Source: Mobula hypostoma (taxonomy: Eukaryota). Taken from it: a DNA stretch of 64,000 bases. Shown in pieces: positions 51,619 to 63,622 of this stretch. Location: NCBI RefSeq assembly GCF_963921235.1, contig NC_086101.1, positions 5,086,001-5,150,000 of the forward strand, written 5' to 3'. Both the position numbers and the translations under genes were made by a program. The notes under the pieces were generated by a model, which had not been told where the DNA came from, made no database searches, and saw only the letters and a program-made list of their open reading frames with translations. The first letter of the stretch is position 1. Every line of letters begins with the position of its first letter.

Positions 51619-52143
51619 ACCTTTTAAGTCGTAGAGATATGGTGAAATTTACAAGACTGAGGTTGGGGCATTGTGGGCTAAACTATTATTGAAAGATAAT
51701 AGGAAAACATCCTGCTGGATCATGTGACTGTGGTTGTCCAGAGACAGTCCAGCATGTTTTGCTGAGCTGTAATCGACAAGAGGCTGTCTGGTTTAAATGT
51801 ATTTTGGTTTTCTCTTAAATCTTTCTTTGGCCACCAAGAGAATCAACATCTGATTGAAGAGTTTATTATTCAGTTTATACTTGAGACTAGGTTATATTCG
51901 AGAATTTGAGTTCCTTGAAGTTGTAGAATTAATTTTGCAGCCTGCGGAGGGCTGTAATACGCCTGGTCTGCCGGAAATAGAAGAAGAAGACGGTTGTGTA
52001 GGTAGGGAGGATTATTTGGAGCGGGGGTTTGCTGGTTCAGCACGCATCGTAGGCCGAAGGCACTGTTTCGGGTTTCCGAACTGTTCGCTGTTCCAGGGAG
52101 CGGCCGGCCTTGCGCTCGGCTGATTTCCGGGTAGAGTGACATC

Positions 52144-52795
52144 TCCGCGAAGGCGGGTGCGGCGCCGTTGAAGGAGGGGGGTAACCGGCTATATCCGTGC
52201 TGTTGGACAGGGTACGGGGTGACCGAGAGGACCCACATCAAACTACCCGGGATTAGCCGTGCCTGCGGGACCCACCAGACGGACACCGGAGGCCTCGTTC
52301 GGCTCGCTTTCGGCTCCGATAGGGCGTGCGCGCAAAGTGAAAGTAAAAGGCGGCGGGCTGTGGATTTGTGAGTCCTCCGACTGCTACCCGGCCGTCATTC
52401 GGTGAGTCTCGGACGGGTTTCTGATTGCGGCCGGCGAAAGGCACTCCTCTCTACCCCGGGACCAGGACCGGTCCGGGATTCGGGCAGTGCGAATCTAGCT
52501 CAGACCGGGAGTCCGGCCCGGCCGGTTCGGGCTCTTCGACACGACCTCGGGGTGGGGTGGGTGACTGGTTCTGCTCAGATCCTGGTCAGTCTGTCCCTCG
52601 AGACATTGGAGCCGTTCCCTCGCTCCGATCTCCGAAATACAAAGGTTAACCTGAAATTTGAAGTTCAAGTTTACACATGAAATGGCCGAACAGGTTCCTC
52701 CGGGTCCAAGGTGCAGAACGACAGAACCAGCAGTCACACAGGGCACAGGGCACATACTGTACAGCGCGTTTAGGATAGCAACATACAGTCACCCA
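52144..52795 (+). promoter_or_regulatory. CpG island with putative promoter and non-coding exon 1 of BTN gene B (donor CG|GTGAGT at 52401/52402)
   Basis: CpG-rich stretch in a CpG-poor window. IRF-element AAAGTGAAAGTAAAA at 52334-52348, then a consensus donor. The downstream leader exon has its own acceptor before the ATG, so an upstream UTR exon is required. The transcription start is inferred. Confidence 0.6.
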
Positions 52796-52825
52796 CAGTT
52801 ATATAAGTATATGTGTGTGTATCTG

Positions 52826-53295
52826 CAGACATCCCACCCTGCAAAACCTCATTTCACCATTAATTTGCGGGAGACTTCCGGGAGAAGTGAGATGTCTGCA
52901 ATAGAGTAGCTCCTTAGCAGCCAGCCAGCTAGTTTAAATAACATTAGCTATGCTAATGAACGAATGACACCTGTTAAACTCACCTCAACATGTCTTTTAC
53001 AGTCTTAACCCACCATGGGCAATAGAAAAGTCACTGTTGCAAACAGTGCAGCGAGCAACTCTGTCATTATTTTTGACCCCTATTAGGCAGGGGTACACTT
53101 TAGTGTAGTCTGGGGTGAAGTACGTTTTATATTTTCTTTTTTTGGAACACTCTGCCATGGCGCGCTCTCGCTTGTGCGCTCTCTCGCTCTCAAAAAAATT
53201 GATTTCCGTGATATTGTATGTAATTTGCAGGCATCAGGGAGCCACTATTAATATGTGGGAGACTCCCGGAACTTCCGGGAGAGGTGGGATGTCTG
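52826..53295. mobile_element. Non-autonomous DNA transposon (possibly hAT-like)
   Basis: 13-bp terminal inverted repeat CAGACATCCCACC / GGTGGGATGTCTG. No matching TSD found, so the family is uncertain. Confidence 0.55.
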
Positions 53296-53763
53296 TATGT
53301 TAACATATAGGTTAACATATGAGGAACGTTTGTCCACTCTTCAACTGTATTCCTTGGAGTTTAGAAGAATGAGGGGAGACCTCATAGAAACATTTTGAAT
53401 GTTGAAAGGCATGGACAGAGTGGATGTGGCAAAGTTGTTTCCCATGATGGGGGAGTCTAGTACGAGAGGGCATGACTTGAAGATTGAAGGGTGCCCATTC
53501 AGAACAGAAATGCAAACAAATTTTTTTAGTCAGAGGGTGGTGAATCTATGGAATTTGTTGCCACGGGCAGCAGTGGAGGCCAAGTCATTGGGTGTATTTA
53601 AGGCAGAGATTGATAGGTATCTGAGTAGCCAGGGCATCAAAGGTTACGGTGAGAAGGCGGGGGAGTGGGACTAAATAGGAGAATGGATCAGCTCATGATA
53701 AAATGGCAGAGCAGACTCGATGGGCTGAATGGCCTACTTCTGCTCCTTTGTCTTATGGTCTTA

Positions 53764-53875
53764 TGTGTGTGTGTGTATATGTATGTATGTGTGTGTACGT
53801 GTATGTATATGTGTGTGTCTGCGCATCTATGCATGTGTGTGTGTCTGTGTGTATGTGTGTTTGTATGTGTCTGTG
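53764..53875. repeat. Imperfect (TG)n microsatellite
   Basis: Visible directly. Confidence 0.9.
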
Positions 53876-54600
53876 ATGAAGGAACACATACCAATCCTCA
53901 TAGAGGGATCAGAAGTGGAGAGAGTGAGCAGCTTCAAGTTCCTGGGTGTCAAGATCTCTGAGGATCTAAGCTGGTTCCAACATATCAATGTAGTCATAAA
54001 GAAGGCAAGACAGCAGCTATACTTCATTAGGAGTTTGAAGAGATTTGGCATGTCAACAAATACACTCAAAAACTTCTATAGTTGTACTGTGGAGGGCATT
54101 CTGACAGGCTGCATCACTGTCTGGTATGGAGGGGCTACTGCACAGGACCGAAAGAAGCAGAGGGTTGTAAATCTAGTCAGCTCTATCATGGGCCCTAGCC
54201 TACAAAGCATCCAGAACATCTTTAGGGAGCAGTGTCTCAGAAAAACAGCGTCCATTATTAAAGACCTCCAGCACCCAGGGCATGCCCTTTTCTCACTGTT
54301 ACCATCAGGTAGGAGATACAGAAGCCTGAAGGCACACACTCAGCGATTCAGGAACAGCTTCTTCCCCTCTACCATCCGATTCCTAAGTGGACATTGAAGC
54401 CTTGGACACTACCTCACTTTTTTTTAAATATACAGTATTTCTGTTTTTGCACGTTTTTAAGATCTATTCAATATATGTGATTGATTTACTTGTTTATTAT
54501 TATTTTTTAAATGTTATTATTTTTTCGCTCTGCTAGATTATGCATTCATTGAACTGCTGCTGCTAAGTTAACAAATTTCATGTCCCATGCCAGTGATAAT
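53876..54600 (+). mobile_element. Rex1/Babar-type LINE 3' fragment
   Basis: VERVSSFKFLGVKISEDLSW, LYFIRSLKRFG, LLPSGRRYRSL, FRNSFFP. Confidence 0.88.
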
Positions 54601-54611
54601 GAACCTGATTC

Positions 54612-55320
54612 TGGTCCTGGCTTTTATACTGTGGTACCGTTTCCCGGATGGTAGCAGCTGGAACAGTTTGTGGTTGGGGTGACTCGGGTCCCCAATGATC
54701 CTTCGGGCCCTTTTTACACACCTGTCTTTGTAAATGTCCTGAATAGTGGGAAGTTCACATCTATGCATACGCTGGGCTGTCCGCACCACTCCCTGCAGAG
54801 TCCTGCGATTGGGTGAAGTACAGCTCCCATACCAGGCAGTGATGCAGCCAGTCAGGATGCTCTCAATTGTGCCCCTGTAGAAAGTTCTTAGAATTTGGGG
54901 GCCCACACCAAACTTCTTCAACCGTCTGAGGTGGAAAAAGAGCTGTTGTGCCTTTTTCACCACAGAGCTGGTGTGTACAGAATACGTGAGATCCTCAGCG
55001 ATGTTTATGCTGAGGAATTTAAAGCTGTTTACCCTCTCAACCCCAGATCCATTGATGTCATTAGGGGTTAGCCTGTCTCCATTCCTCCTGTAGTCCACAA
55101 CCAGCTCCTTTGTTTTTAGCGACATTGAGGGAAAGGTTGTTCTCTTGACACCACTGTGTCTGGGTGATGACTTCCTCTCTGTCGGGTGCCTCATTACTAT
55201 TTGAGATTAGACCAATCAGTGTAGTGTTGTCAGCAAATTGAATTAGCAGATTGGAGTGGTGGGTGGCGACACAGTCGTGGGAATATGGAGAGTAAAGGAG
55301 TGGGCTTAGAACACAGCCCT
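54612..55320 (-). mobile_element. Rex1/Babar-type LINE fragment
   Basis: KTKELVVDYRR, VERVNSFKFL, TIESILTGCITAWYG. Confidence 0.88.
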
Positions 55321-55567
55321 GAGAAGGCAGGAGAATGGGGTCGAGAGGAATAATAAATCAGCTGTGGGCGGACTTAATGAGCCACATGGCCTAATTCTTC
55401 TATGTTTTATTATCTTAATGGGCTATGGGAAAGGGGAGGAATTGGTGGACTATTGCGGTCTCAGTGTGTGAAGTCAGCATGGAGTCCTAGGGCCTCCCGT
55501 TCGGAGTGTGTCGATAATTGTATCAACTTTCCTTTTCCCAGGACGGCATTCCGACATTCCGTGAGTG

Positions 55568-55622
55568 ATGGAGGCCTGGCTGCTAATTCTGATTCTCCTC
55601 GGGATTAATTCCATTCCAGCGG
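55568..55622 (+). CDS. BTN gene B signal-peptide exon (MEAWLLILILLGINSIPA); exon starts at 55542 with 26 nt of 5' UTR
   Basis: ctttccttttcccag acceptor ending at 55541; ATG in good context (gtgATGG); hydrophobic leader; G|gtgaga phase-1 donor; in frame with the IgV exon. Confidence 0.85.
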
Positions 55623-56112
55623 GTGAGAATCCCCCCGCCTCTCTCTCCCCCCCCGCCTCTCTCTCCCCCCACCCCGCCTCCCTCTCCCCCTTTCTCAGTT
55701 GGCCTTCTCCCCTCTGTTCTCAATCCTACTACCCCCGTCTCCCCCCCCCACCCCCCATTGGCTTGCTTGTTCCCTCATACTCCTCTCAGTTGTGCTTGGC
55801 ATGTTCACATTCACATTCGTCCATCTACATTGAAACCTACAGTGAAATACGTCATGTCTGCTAACAACCAACAAACTTCCGAGTACGTGCTGGAGGCAGC
55901 CCACAAGTGTCACCTCGCATTTCGGCCCCAGCACAACATCCCCACCATGTTCAGCTGAAGCCACTCTAGCCATGTCGACAGGCTGCCCTCTGGGCCAAGG
56001 TCACCCTCCCACCCACTTTCAGCTCATCCGGACCTGCCGAGCTTTGGAACTTAACCTCGTGTATTCTCAAGTTGTAGATCTGACTTTTCCTCTCTCCTCC
56101 ATGTTTGTCCAG

Positions 56113-56475
56113 GTGTGGCACAGGAATTTGTGGTCACGGCTCCAGCCAAGCCTATCCTGGCCATCGTCGGGAAGGACGTGGTGCTGGACTGCCAGCTCGT
56201 GCCAGGCAACTTCCTGCCCAACATGGAGTTGCGATGGATCAACGTGGACCTGTCCTACTCGTCCCCCATTCACATGTACAAGGGGGGCCTGGATGAATTA
56301 ACCATGCAGGCTTCGGCCTACCAGGGCAGGACCCAGCTGTTCCACGACCAGATCAGCAAGGGCAACCTTTCCCTCAAGCTGATGAACGTGCGGGTGTCTG
56401 ACCAGGGGCAGTACAAGTGTTTTGTGGCAACCAAGAGTAACCAGAATGAGATCAGGATGAGCTTGGCAGTAGCAG
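56113..56475 (+). CDS. BTN gene B IgV (B7/butyrophilin V-set) exon
   Basis: tgtccag acceptor, G|gtgggt donor; 363 nt, phase 1-1. Motifs FVV.AP..PILA.VG.DVVL.C, MELRW, YQGRTQLF.D.I.KGNLSLKL.NVRVSDQGQYKC match the BTN IgV signature. Confidence 0.95.
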
Positions 56476-56949
56476 GTGGGTCTTCAGGCCTTGTCTCTCC
56501 AGCAGCTGTTCCTCCACTTGTGGTTGTGTAACAGACATAGGTTTAGAAAGATTGTTTAATGTCATTAACTGTAAAGGATTGTCACTCCCCCTCTGATGAA
56601 GCACGAACAAAACACAGTAAGATAAAGAACACGATAAAACACACATAGGAAATAGAAATACGTGATTTCATGGGAGTGGGACAAACAGTCCTCGAGCAGG
56701 GTGGTGGGATCCTTCATGATGATGCCGGCCTTTCTATGTATCTATGTCCTTGAAGGTGGGTAGGCTGGTGCCAGTGAGGCGTTGGGCAGTTTTGACTACC
56801 TGTTATAGAGCCTCCCTGTCTGCCACAGTGCAGGTTCTGTAGCGAGCGGTGATGCAGCTCGTCAGGATGCTGTCTGCTGCGCGACTACAGAGTGACGCTA
56901 GTAAGACGTGCATAGTCCAGCTGTCTTCAGCCTCCTCAGAAAGTAGACA

Positions 56950-59460
56950 ATAAGACACAGGAGCAGAGTGAGATTACTCGGCCCATCGAGTCTGTTCTGA
57001 CATTCCATCATGGCTGAACTATCGTCCCTCTCATCCCCGTTTTCCTGCCCTCTCCCTGTAACCACTAACGCCCTGATTAATCAAGAAGCTAATAACCTCC
57101 GCCTTAAATATACCCAACGACTTTGCCTCCACAACCGTTTGTGTTAGTGAATTCCACAGATTCACCACCCTCTGGCTAAAGAAATTTTTCCTCACCTTTG
57201 TTCTAAATGGATATCTCTCAAATCTGAGGCCGTGCCCCCTGGTCCGAGGCTCCCCTACAGGAAACATCCTCTCCACATCCACTCTATCTGTGCCCTCTGG
57301 TCTGAGACGCCCCTACAGGAAACATCCTCTCCACATCCACTCTATCTGTGCCCTCTGGTCCGAGACTCCCCTACAGGAAACATCCTCTCCACATCCACTC
57401 TATCTGTGCCCTCTGGTCTGAGACTCCCCTACAGGAAACATCCTCTCCACATCCACTCTATCTGTGCCTTTTGGTCCTAGACTCCTCCACTATAGGAAAC
57501 ATCCTCTCCACATCCACTCTATCTGTGTCCCCTGGTCCAAGACTCCCCCACTACAGGAAACATCCTCTCCACGTCCACTCTATCTGTGCCCTCTGGTCTG
57601 AGACTCCCCTGTAGGAAACATCCTCTCCACATCTGCTCTATATCTAGGCCTTTCAATATTCAATAGATTTCAGTGAGAACCTCGTCATTCTAAATTCCAG
57701 CGAGTACAGGCCCAGAGCCATCAAACTCTCCTCATATGTAAACCCTTTCATTCCTGGGATAATTCTTGTGCACCTCCTCAGGACCCTCTCCAGTGCCAGC
57801 ACATCTTTGATAAGGGCCCACAACTGCTCATAATACTCCCAAGTTCAGGTCTCACTGGTGCCTCACAAAGCCTCAGCATTACATCCTTGCTTTTATACTC
57901 TAATCCTCTCGAAATGAATGCTAACGTTACATTTGCCTTCCTTACTGCTGACTCAGTCTGTAAGTTAACCTTTAGGGAATTCTACACGAGGAGTCCTTAG
58001 TCCCTTTGCACCTCTGGTTTTTGAATTTTCTCCCCCATATTGAAAGTAATCTACGTCCTTATTCTTTCTGCCAAAGGTCACGGCCATACACTTCCCTGTG
58101 CTATATTCCATCTGCCACTTCTTTACCCATTCCCTCAATCTGTCCAAGTGCCTTTACAGACATCCTGCATCCTCAACACTCCCTGCTCTTCCATCTATCT
58201 TCATATTGTGCACAGACTTGACCCCAAAGCCATCAATTTCTTCACTTAAATAACTTCCGTACAATGCCCACCCCTGTGGGAGCATCAGTAGTCACCAGCA
58301 GCCGGCCAGAAAAAGCTGCTTTTATTCCCACTCTGCCTCCTGCCAGTCCGTTACTTCCCTTCCATGGGACTACCTTTCCTGTAATTCTGTTTTGTTTAGC
58401 AGCCTCATGTGCGGCTTCTGAAAGTCCAAATAAACAACATCCACTCACTATCTTTACCTCGGAGTTTAAACAGATTTGTCAGGCAAGATCCCCCTTTGAG
58501 GAGACCATACTGACTACGGTCTATTTTATCATGTGCCTCCAAGTACCCTGAGACCTCATCCTTAATAATGGACTCCAACACTGAGATCAGACTAACTGGC
58601 CTATAATTTCCTTTCTTCCGCCTCTCTCTTCTCAAAGAGTGGAGTGACATTTGCAATTTTCCCGTCCTCAGGAACAATTCCAGAACCTAGTGGTTTTTGA
58701 AAGCTCATTACTGATGCCCCTAAGGTCTTTTCAGCTACCTCTTCCAGAACCCTGGGCTGTAGTCCATCTACCTTCTACCTTCAGACCTTCCAGCTTTCTA
58801 AGCACCTTCTCCTTTGTGATAGCAACAACACCCGCTTTTATCTCCTGACAGTCTCGCATTTCTGACGTTCTGCTAGTCTCACCTACAGTGAGGACTGGCG
58901 TAAATTAGTTCAACTTTTTTTTTGTCTCCCATTACTTCCTCTCCTGCGTCGTTTTCCAGCGGTCTGATATACACTCTTGTCTCTCTTTTACTCTTTATAT
59001 GGCTCAAAAAACTCATCCTTATTTACATTAATGGTTAGCTTTCCTTCGAATTTTATCTTCATTCTGTGGATATTTATTTTTGTTGTATTATTTGCCCTCT
59101 CTTTTGCTTTTTTGCTGTCTTTGACTTCCCTTGTCAATCACGGTTCCGCATCCTCCCTTTAGAATACTTCTTAATCTGTGGGATGTGTCTATCTTGTGCC
59201 TTCCGAATTGCCCCAGAAATTCCCGGCAGTGCTGTCCTGCTGTCATTTCTGATAGCGTCCCCTTCCAATCAACTGGCAGCTCCTCTTGTGCCTTTGTTAT
59301 TTCCTTTACTCCGCGGTAATACATCTGAACTTAGCTTCTCCTCAAATTTCAGGGTGAATTCTATCGCATTATGATCACTGCCTCCTTAGGGTTTCCTGAT
59401 CATCAGGTTCCTAATTAAATCTGGGTCATTACACAACACCCGGTGCAGAATTGCTGTTCT
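56950..59460 (-). mobile_element. Decayed CR1 carrying a 58-61-bp minisatellite (~57230-57640)
   Basis: FFSQRVVNLWNSL, GNYRPVSLIS and related motifs; the tandem unit is the same as at 10500-11130. Confidence 0.85.
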
Positions 59461-59683
59461 CCCAGCGGGTTCAGCTTTTCCACAGACGCTGTCTGGCCTG
59501 CTGAGTTCCTCCAGCATTTTGTGTGTGTGGCTTGGATTTCCAGCATCTGCAGATCTTCTCTTGTTTGTGACTGGGCTCAATTGCGACCTGCTCTGATAAG
59601 CCGTCTCACCAGCATTCCACGAACTCCCTCACTTGGGATCCAACACCAACCGGATTTTCCCAACCTACCTGCACGTTGATTAT

Positions 59684-60304
59684 CGAGTACAGGAGCAGGG
59701 AGGTACTACTGCAGTTGTACAAGGCCTTGGTGAGACCACACATGGAGTATTGTGTGCGGTTTTGGTCCCCTAATCTAAGGAAAGACATCCTTGCCATAGA
59801 GGGAGTACAAAGAAGGTTCACCAGATTGATTCCTGGGATGGCAGGACTTTCATATGATGAAAGACTGGATGAACTAGGCTTATACTCGTTGGAATTTAGA
59901 AGATTGATGGGGGGATCTGATTGAAACATATAAAATCCTAAAGGGATTGGACAGGCTAGATGCAGGAAGATTGTTCCCGATGTTGGGGAAGTCCAGAACG
60001 AGGGGTCACAGTTTGAGGATAAAGGGGAAGCCTTTTAGGACTGAGATGAGGAAAAACTTCTTCACACAGAGAGTGGTGAATCTGTGGAATTCTCTGCCAC
60101 AGGAAATAGTTGAGGCCAGTTCATTGGCTATATTTAAGAGGGAGTTAGATATGGCCCTTGTGGCTAAAGGGATCAGGGGGTATGGAGGGAAGGCTGGTAC
60201 AAGGTTCTGAGTTGGATGATCAGCCATGATCATACTGAATGGCGGTGCAGGCTCGAAGGGCCGAATGGCCTACTCCTGCACCTATTTTCTATGTTTCTAT
60301 GTTT
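59684..60304 (+). mobile_element. Young CR1 3' end
   Basis: Near-identical to 45933-46550; (TTCTATGT)n tail. Confidence 0.92.
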
Positions 60305-61507
60305 ATCGCAGCACTGCCCTCGTTACATCGCTTTTCTATCTCCCGTTGTCATTTGTAGCTCGTAACTGGCTGATGTTTGCAGCTACGTATATAACTACCG
60401 TCAGGATTTTTTTTATCCTTGCCGTTCCTTAACTCTACCCACAAACCTACATCTTTTGATCTTATGTCACCTCATTCTCAGGCTTTGATTTCCTTTTTTT
60501 ACCAACTGAGCCGCGCCATCCCCTCTGCAACCTGCCTGTCCTTTGGATACAATGTGTATCCTTTTGATTGGTCAGGGCATGAAGGGATACGGGGGGAAGG
60601 CAGGAGATTGGGGCTGAGGGGAAAAATGGATCGGCCATGATGAACTGGCAGTGCAGACTCGATGGGCTGAATGGCCTAATTCTGCTCGTACATCGTATGT
60701 TAAGGCCCCGACTATAGGAAAAGGGGGAGGAGCGCCAGACGGAGGCGATGGGCGGCCAAGGAGATAAGGTGAGAGAGGGAAAGGGGGATGGGGAAAGGTG
60801 TGGAGATGGAGAAGGAAAGCATTACCAAAGATAACACAGAAATCTACAGCACATTACAGGCTACGATGCTGTGCGACCATGTAACCTCCTCCAGAAATTG
60901 CCTGGAATTTCCCTACTGCATAGCTCTATATTTTTCTAAGCTCCATGCACCTATCTAAGAGTTTCTTAAAAGACCTTATTGTATCCACCTCTACCACTAT
61001 CACTGGCAGTGCATTCCACACACCCACCACTCTGTGTAGAAAAACTCACCTACTTCCAAGCACCTTAAAGCTGTGCCCCCTCGTGTGTTAGCCATTTCAG
61101 CCCTGGGGGGAGAAAGCCTCTTGACTATCCACACAATCAATGCGTCTCATCATCTTGTACACCTCTATCAGGTCACCTCTCATCCTCCGTCACTCCAAGG
61201 AGAAAAGGTCGAGTTCTCTAAACCATTCTGTCTTCAAATTTGACCTCCCCAGTGAGTGGGTATAGCCACAAGGCAGTGAAGGTTTGAGGTTAGAGTTCTT
61301 CCCTTCTAGATGAGCTACCAGCCGTGGCTGGCAAGCCCCATCTGCCCGAAACGACTAGTCTTAAGGCTCCAGTAACCCACCTTTGCCCCTTCTCCTGCCG
61401 GTAGAAACGGTTCCACCAAGCTCAGTAGGTAAGCCGCATGTGAAGGCCGGGAGCTGAACTTTATTGTCAGAGATGCGCAGCATTGAGAGTGTTTAATAGG
61501 TCACCAT

Positions 61508-62506
61508 TAGAAACATAGAAAATAGGTGCAGGAGTAGGCCATTCGGCCCTTCGAGCCTGCACCGCCATTCAGTATGATCATGGCTGATCATCCAACTCAG
61601 AACCCTGCACCAGCCTTCCCTCCATACCCCCTGATCCCTTTAGCTCATGGGCCATATCCAACTCCCTCTTAAATATAGCCAATGAACTGGCCTCAACTGT
61701 TTCCCGTGGCAGAGAATTCCACAGATTCACCATTCTCTGTGTGAAGAAATTTTTTCCTCATCTCGGTCCTAAAAGGCTTCCCCTTTATCCTCAAACTGTG
61801 ACCCCTCATTCTGGACTTCCCCAACATCGGGAACAATCTTCCTGCATCTAGCCTGTCCAATCCCTTTAGGATCTTATACGTTTCAATCAGATCCCCCTCA
61901 ATCTTCTAAATTCCAACGAGTACAAGCCCAGTTCATCCAGTCTTTCTTCATATGAAAGTCCTGCCATCCCAGGAATCAATCTGGTGAACCTTCTTTGTAC
62001 TCCCTCTAAGGCAAGGATGTCTTTCCTCAGATTAGGGGACCAAAACTGCACACAATACTCCAGGTGTGGTCTCACCAAGGCCTTGTACAACTGCAGTAGT
62101 ACCTCCCTGCTCCTGTACTCGAATCCTCTCACTATAAATGCCAGCATACCATTCGCCTTTTTCACCGCCTGCTGTACCTGCATGCCCACTTTCAATGACT
62201 GGTGTATAATGACACCCAGGTCTCGTTGCACCTCCCCTTTTCCTAATCGGCCACCATTCAGATAATAATCTGTTTTCCTATTTTTGCCACCAAACTGGAT
62301 AACTTCACATTTATCCACATTAAATTGCATCTGCCATGAATTTGCCCACTCACCCAACCTATCCAAGTCATCCTGCATCCTCTTAGCATCCTCCTCACAG
62401 CTAACACTGCCACCCAGCTTCGTGTCATCCGCAAACTTGGAGATGCTGCATTTAATTCCCTCATCCAAGTCATTAATATATATTGTAAACATCTGGGGTC
62501 CCAGCA
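61508..62506 (-). mobile_element. Young CR1 3' end (RT C-terminus)
   Basis: ORF 61887-62531 (FTIYINDLDEG, KFADDTKLGG, LVRPHLEYC); same subfamily as 43336-46556 and 59684-60304. Confidence 0.93.
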
Positions 62507-63337
62507 TTATTACCTCCCCCAGCAATGACAATGTTAAAGGGGCGTTGGTCTCTTATCATCTTGTATATGTCTATCAAGTTGAACTCGCTGCCCTCTCTAA
62601 TGCAACCAAAGCTGAAGACATCAGCTGCTGTGTTAAAGAGCCCGTGTTACTGCCGTCCTCTGACGAGCATTACCCTAAAGCTCGCCCCTCGCCCCCCGCC
62701 CCCAGTGCCTCCAGGGAAGCTTGCTCAATGTAGGCTGAGCCTGCAGCTGCATGTCAGTGTGTTCAGTTCTGCTCACCTCATTATAGGGAAGACATGTTAG
62801 CTTTAGAGAGGGTGCAGAAGAGATTTACCAGGATGCTGGCTGGGATAGTGAGTGTGTGTTATGACGACAGGTTGAGTGAGCTGTGTTTTTCTCTTTGGAG
62901 CGAAGGAAGATGAGGGGTGACTTGATAGAGGTGTACAAGATGATGAGAGGCACAGGTAGAGTCGGCAGCCAGAGACTTTTCCCAGGGCAGAAATGGCTAG
63001 TATGATGGGGCATAATTTTAAGGAAGCGATAGGGGGAGATGTCAGAGGCAGGATTTTTACGCAGTGATGGATGTGTGGAATGCCCTGCCAAGGGCATTGG
63101 TAGAGGCAGATACATTAGGAACCTTTGAGACACTGTTAGATGGATGATGAAAAAATGGAGGGTTTTGTGGGAGGGAAGGGTTAGATTTATTTTGGTGTAG
63201 GTTGAAGGGTTAGTACAACATTGTAGGCCGAAGGGCCTGCACTGTGCTGTGTTTGAAAGTTCAGAGCAATGCTGCTCTGATTGAAGGGTGCAGCATTGTC
63301 TCCTCTCACATGTAACATTGCTTTTTTTTCTCCACAG

Positions 63338-63622
63338 CCACTGGGATTCAACCTCAGATCGAGATTAAAGGCCACTCCACGGGTGGCATCAGCCTCAGCT
63401 GCACATCGGAGAAGTGGTTCCCAGAGCCGTTGGTCCAGTGGGTGGACGGGAATGGTGTCGGCGTGGCGGTGAAGCCGGAAACTACATACCGGGTGGATTC
63501 CCGGGGCTTGTACAGCGTCTGCAGCACCATCGAGGTCTCCCAGGACAACATGAACACGTACTCCTGCCAGATTACCAACACGGCTGTGGCTGACTTTAAG
63601 CAGGCCAGGATACAGATCTCAG
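63338..63622 (+). CDS. BTN gene B IgC (CD80-like C-set) exon
   Basis: ttttttttctccacag acceptor, G|gttcgt donor; 285 nt, phase 1-1. Translation ATGIQPQIEIKGHSTGGISLSCTSEKWFPEPLVQWVDGNG...DSRGLYSV...YSCQITN...ARIQIS matches the BTN IgC pattern. Confidence 0.93.

Larger units (their letters stand above)
41592..51993 (+). mobile_element. Near full-length but inactivated I-group (Nimb/I-like) non-LTR retrotransposon: gag-like ORF1, AP endonuclease, RT, RNase H, C-terminal Zn motif
   Basis: ORF1 with three CCHC knuckles (CYNCQRFGHVAGSC, CMKCGEDH...C, CRNCGGDH...C). APE motifs PDLICTQET, GDFNAH, S.LDL. RT motifs YRPMALTS, QNGFR.GRST, GTPQGS, LFADD. RNase H motifs IFTDGS, SDS, WIPGHAGVEGNE.VD. TRLRLGH...CDCG..ETVQHVLLSC at the C-terminus. 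(AAG)n tail. TTGTGTAG duplicated at 41584-41591 and 51994-52001. Many stops and frameshifts. Confidence 0.9.

Noticed and set aside
52421..52430. MHC-type Y box / SXY module (CTGATTGCGG)
   Set aside because: It does not match CTGATTGG, lies downstream of the putative donor, and I see no correctly spaced S and X boxes.
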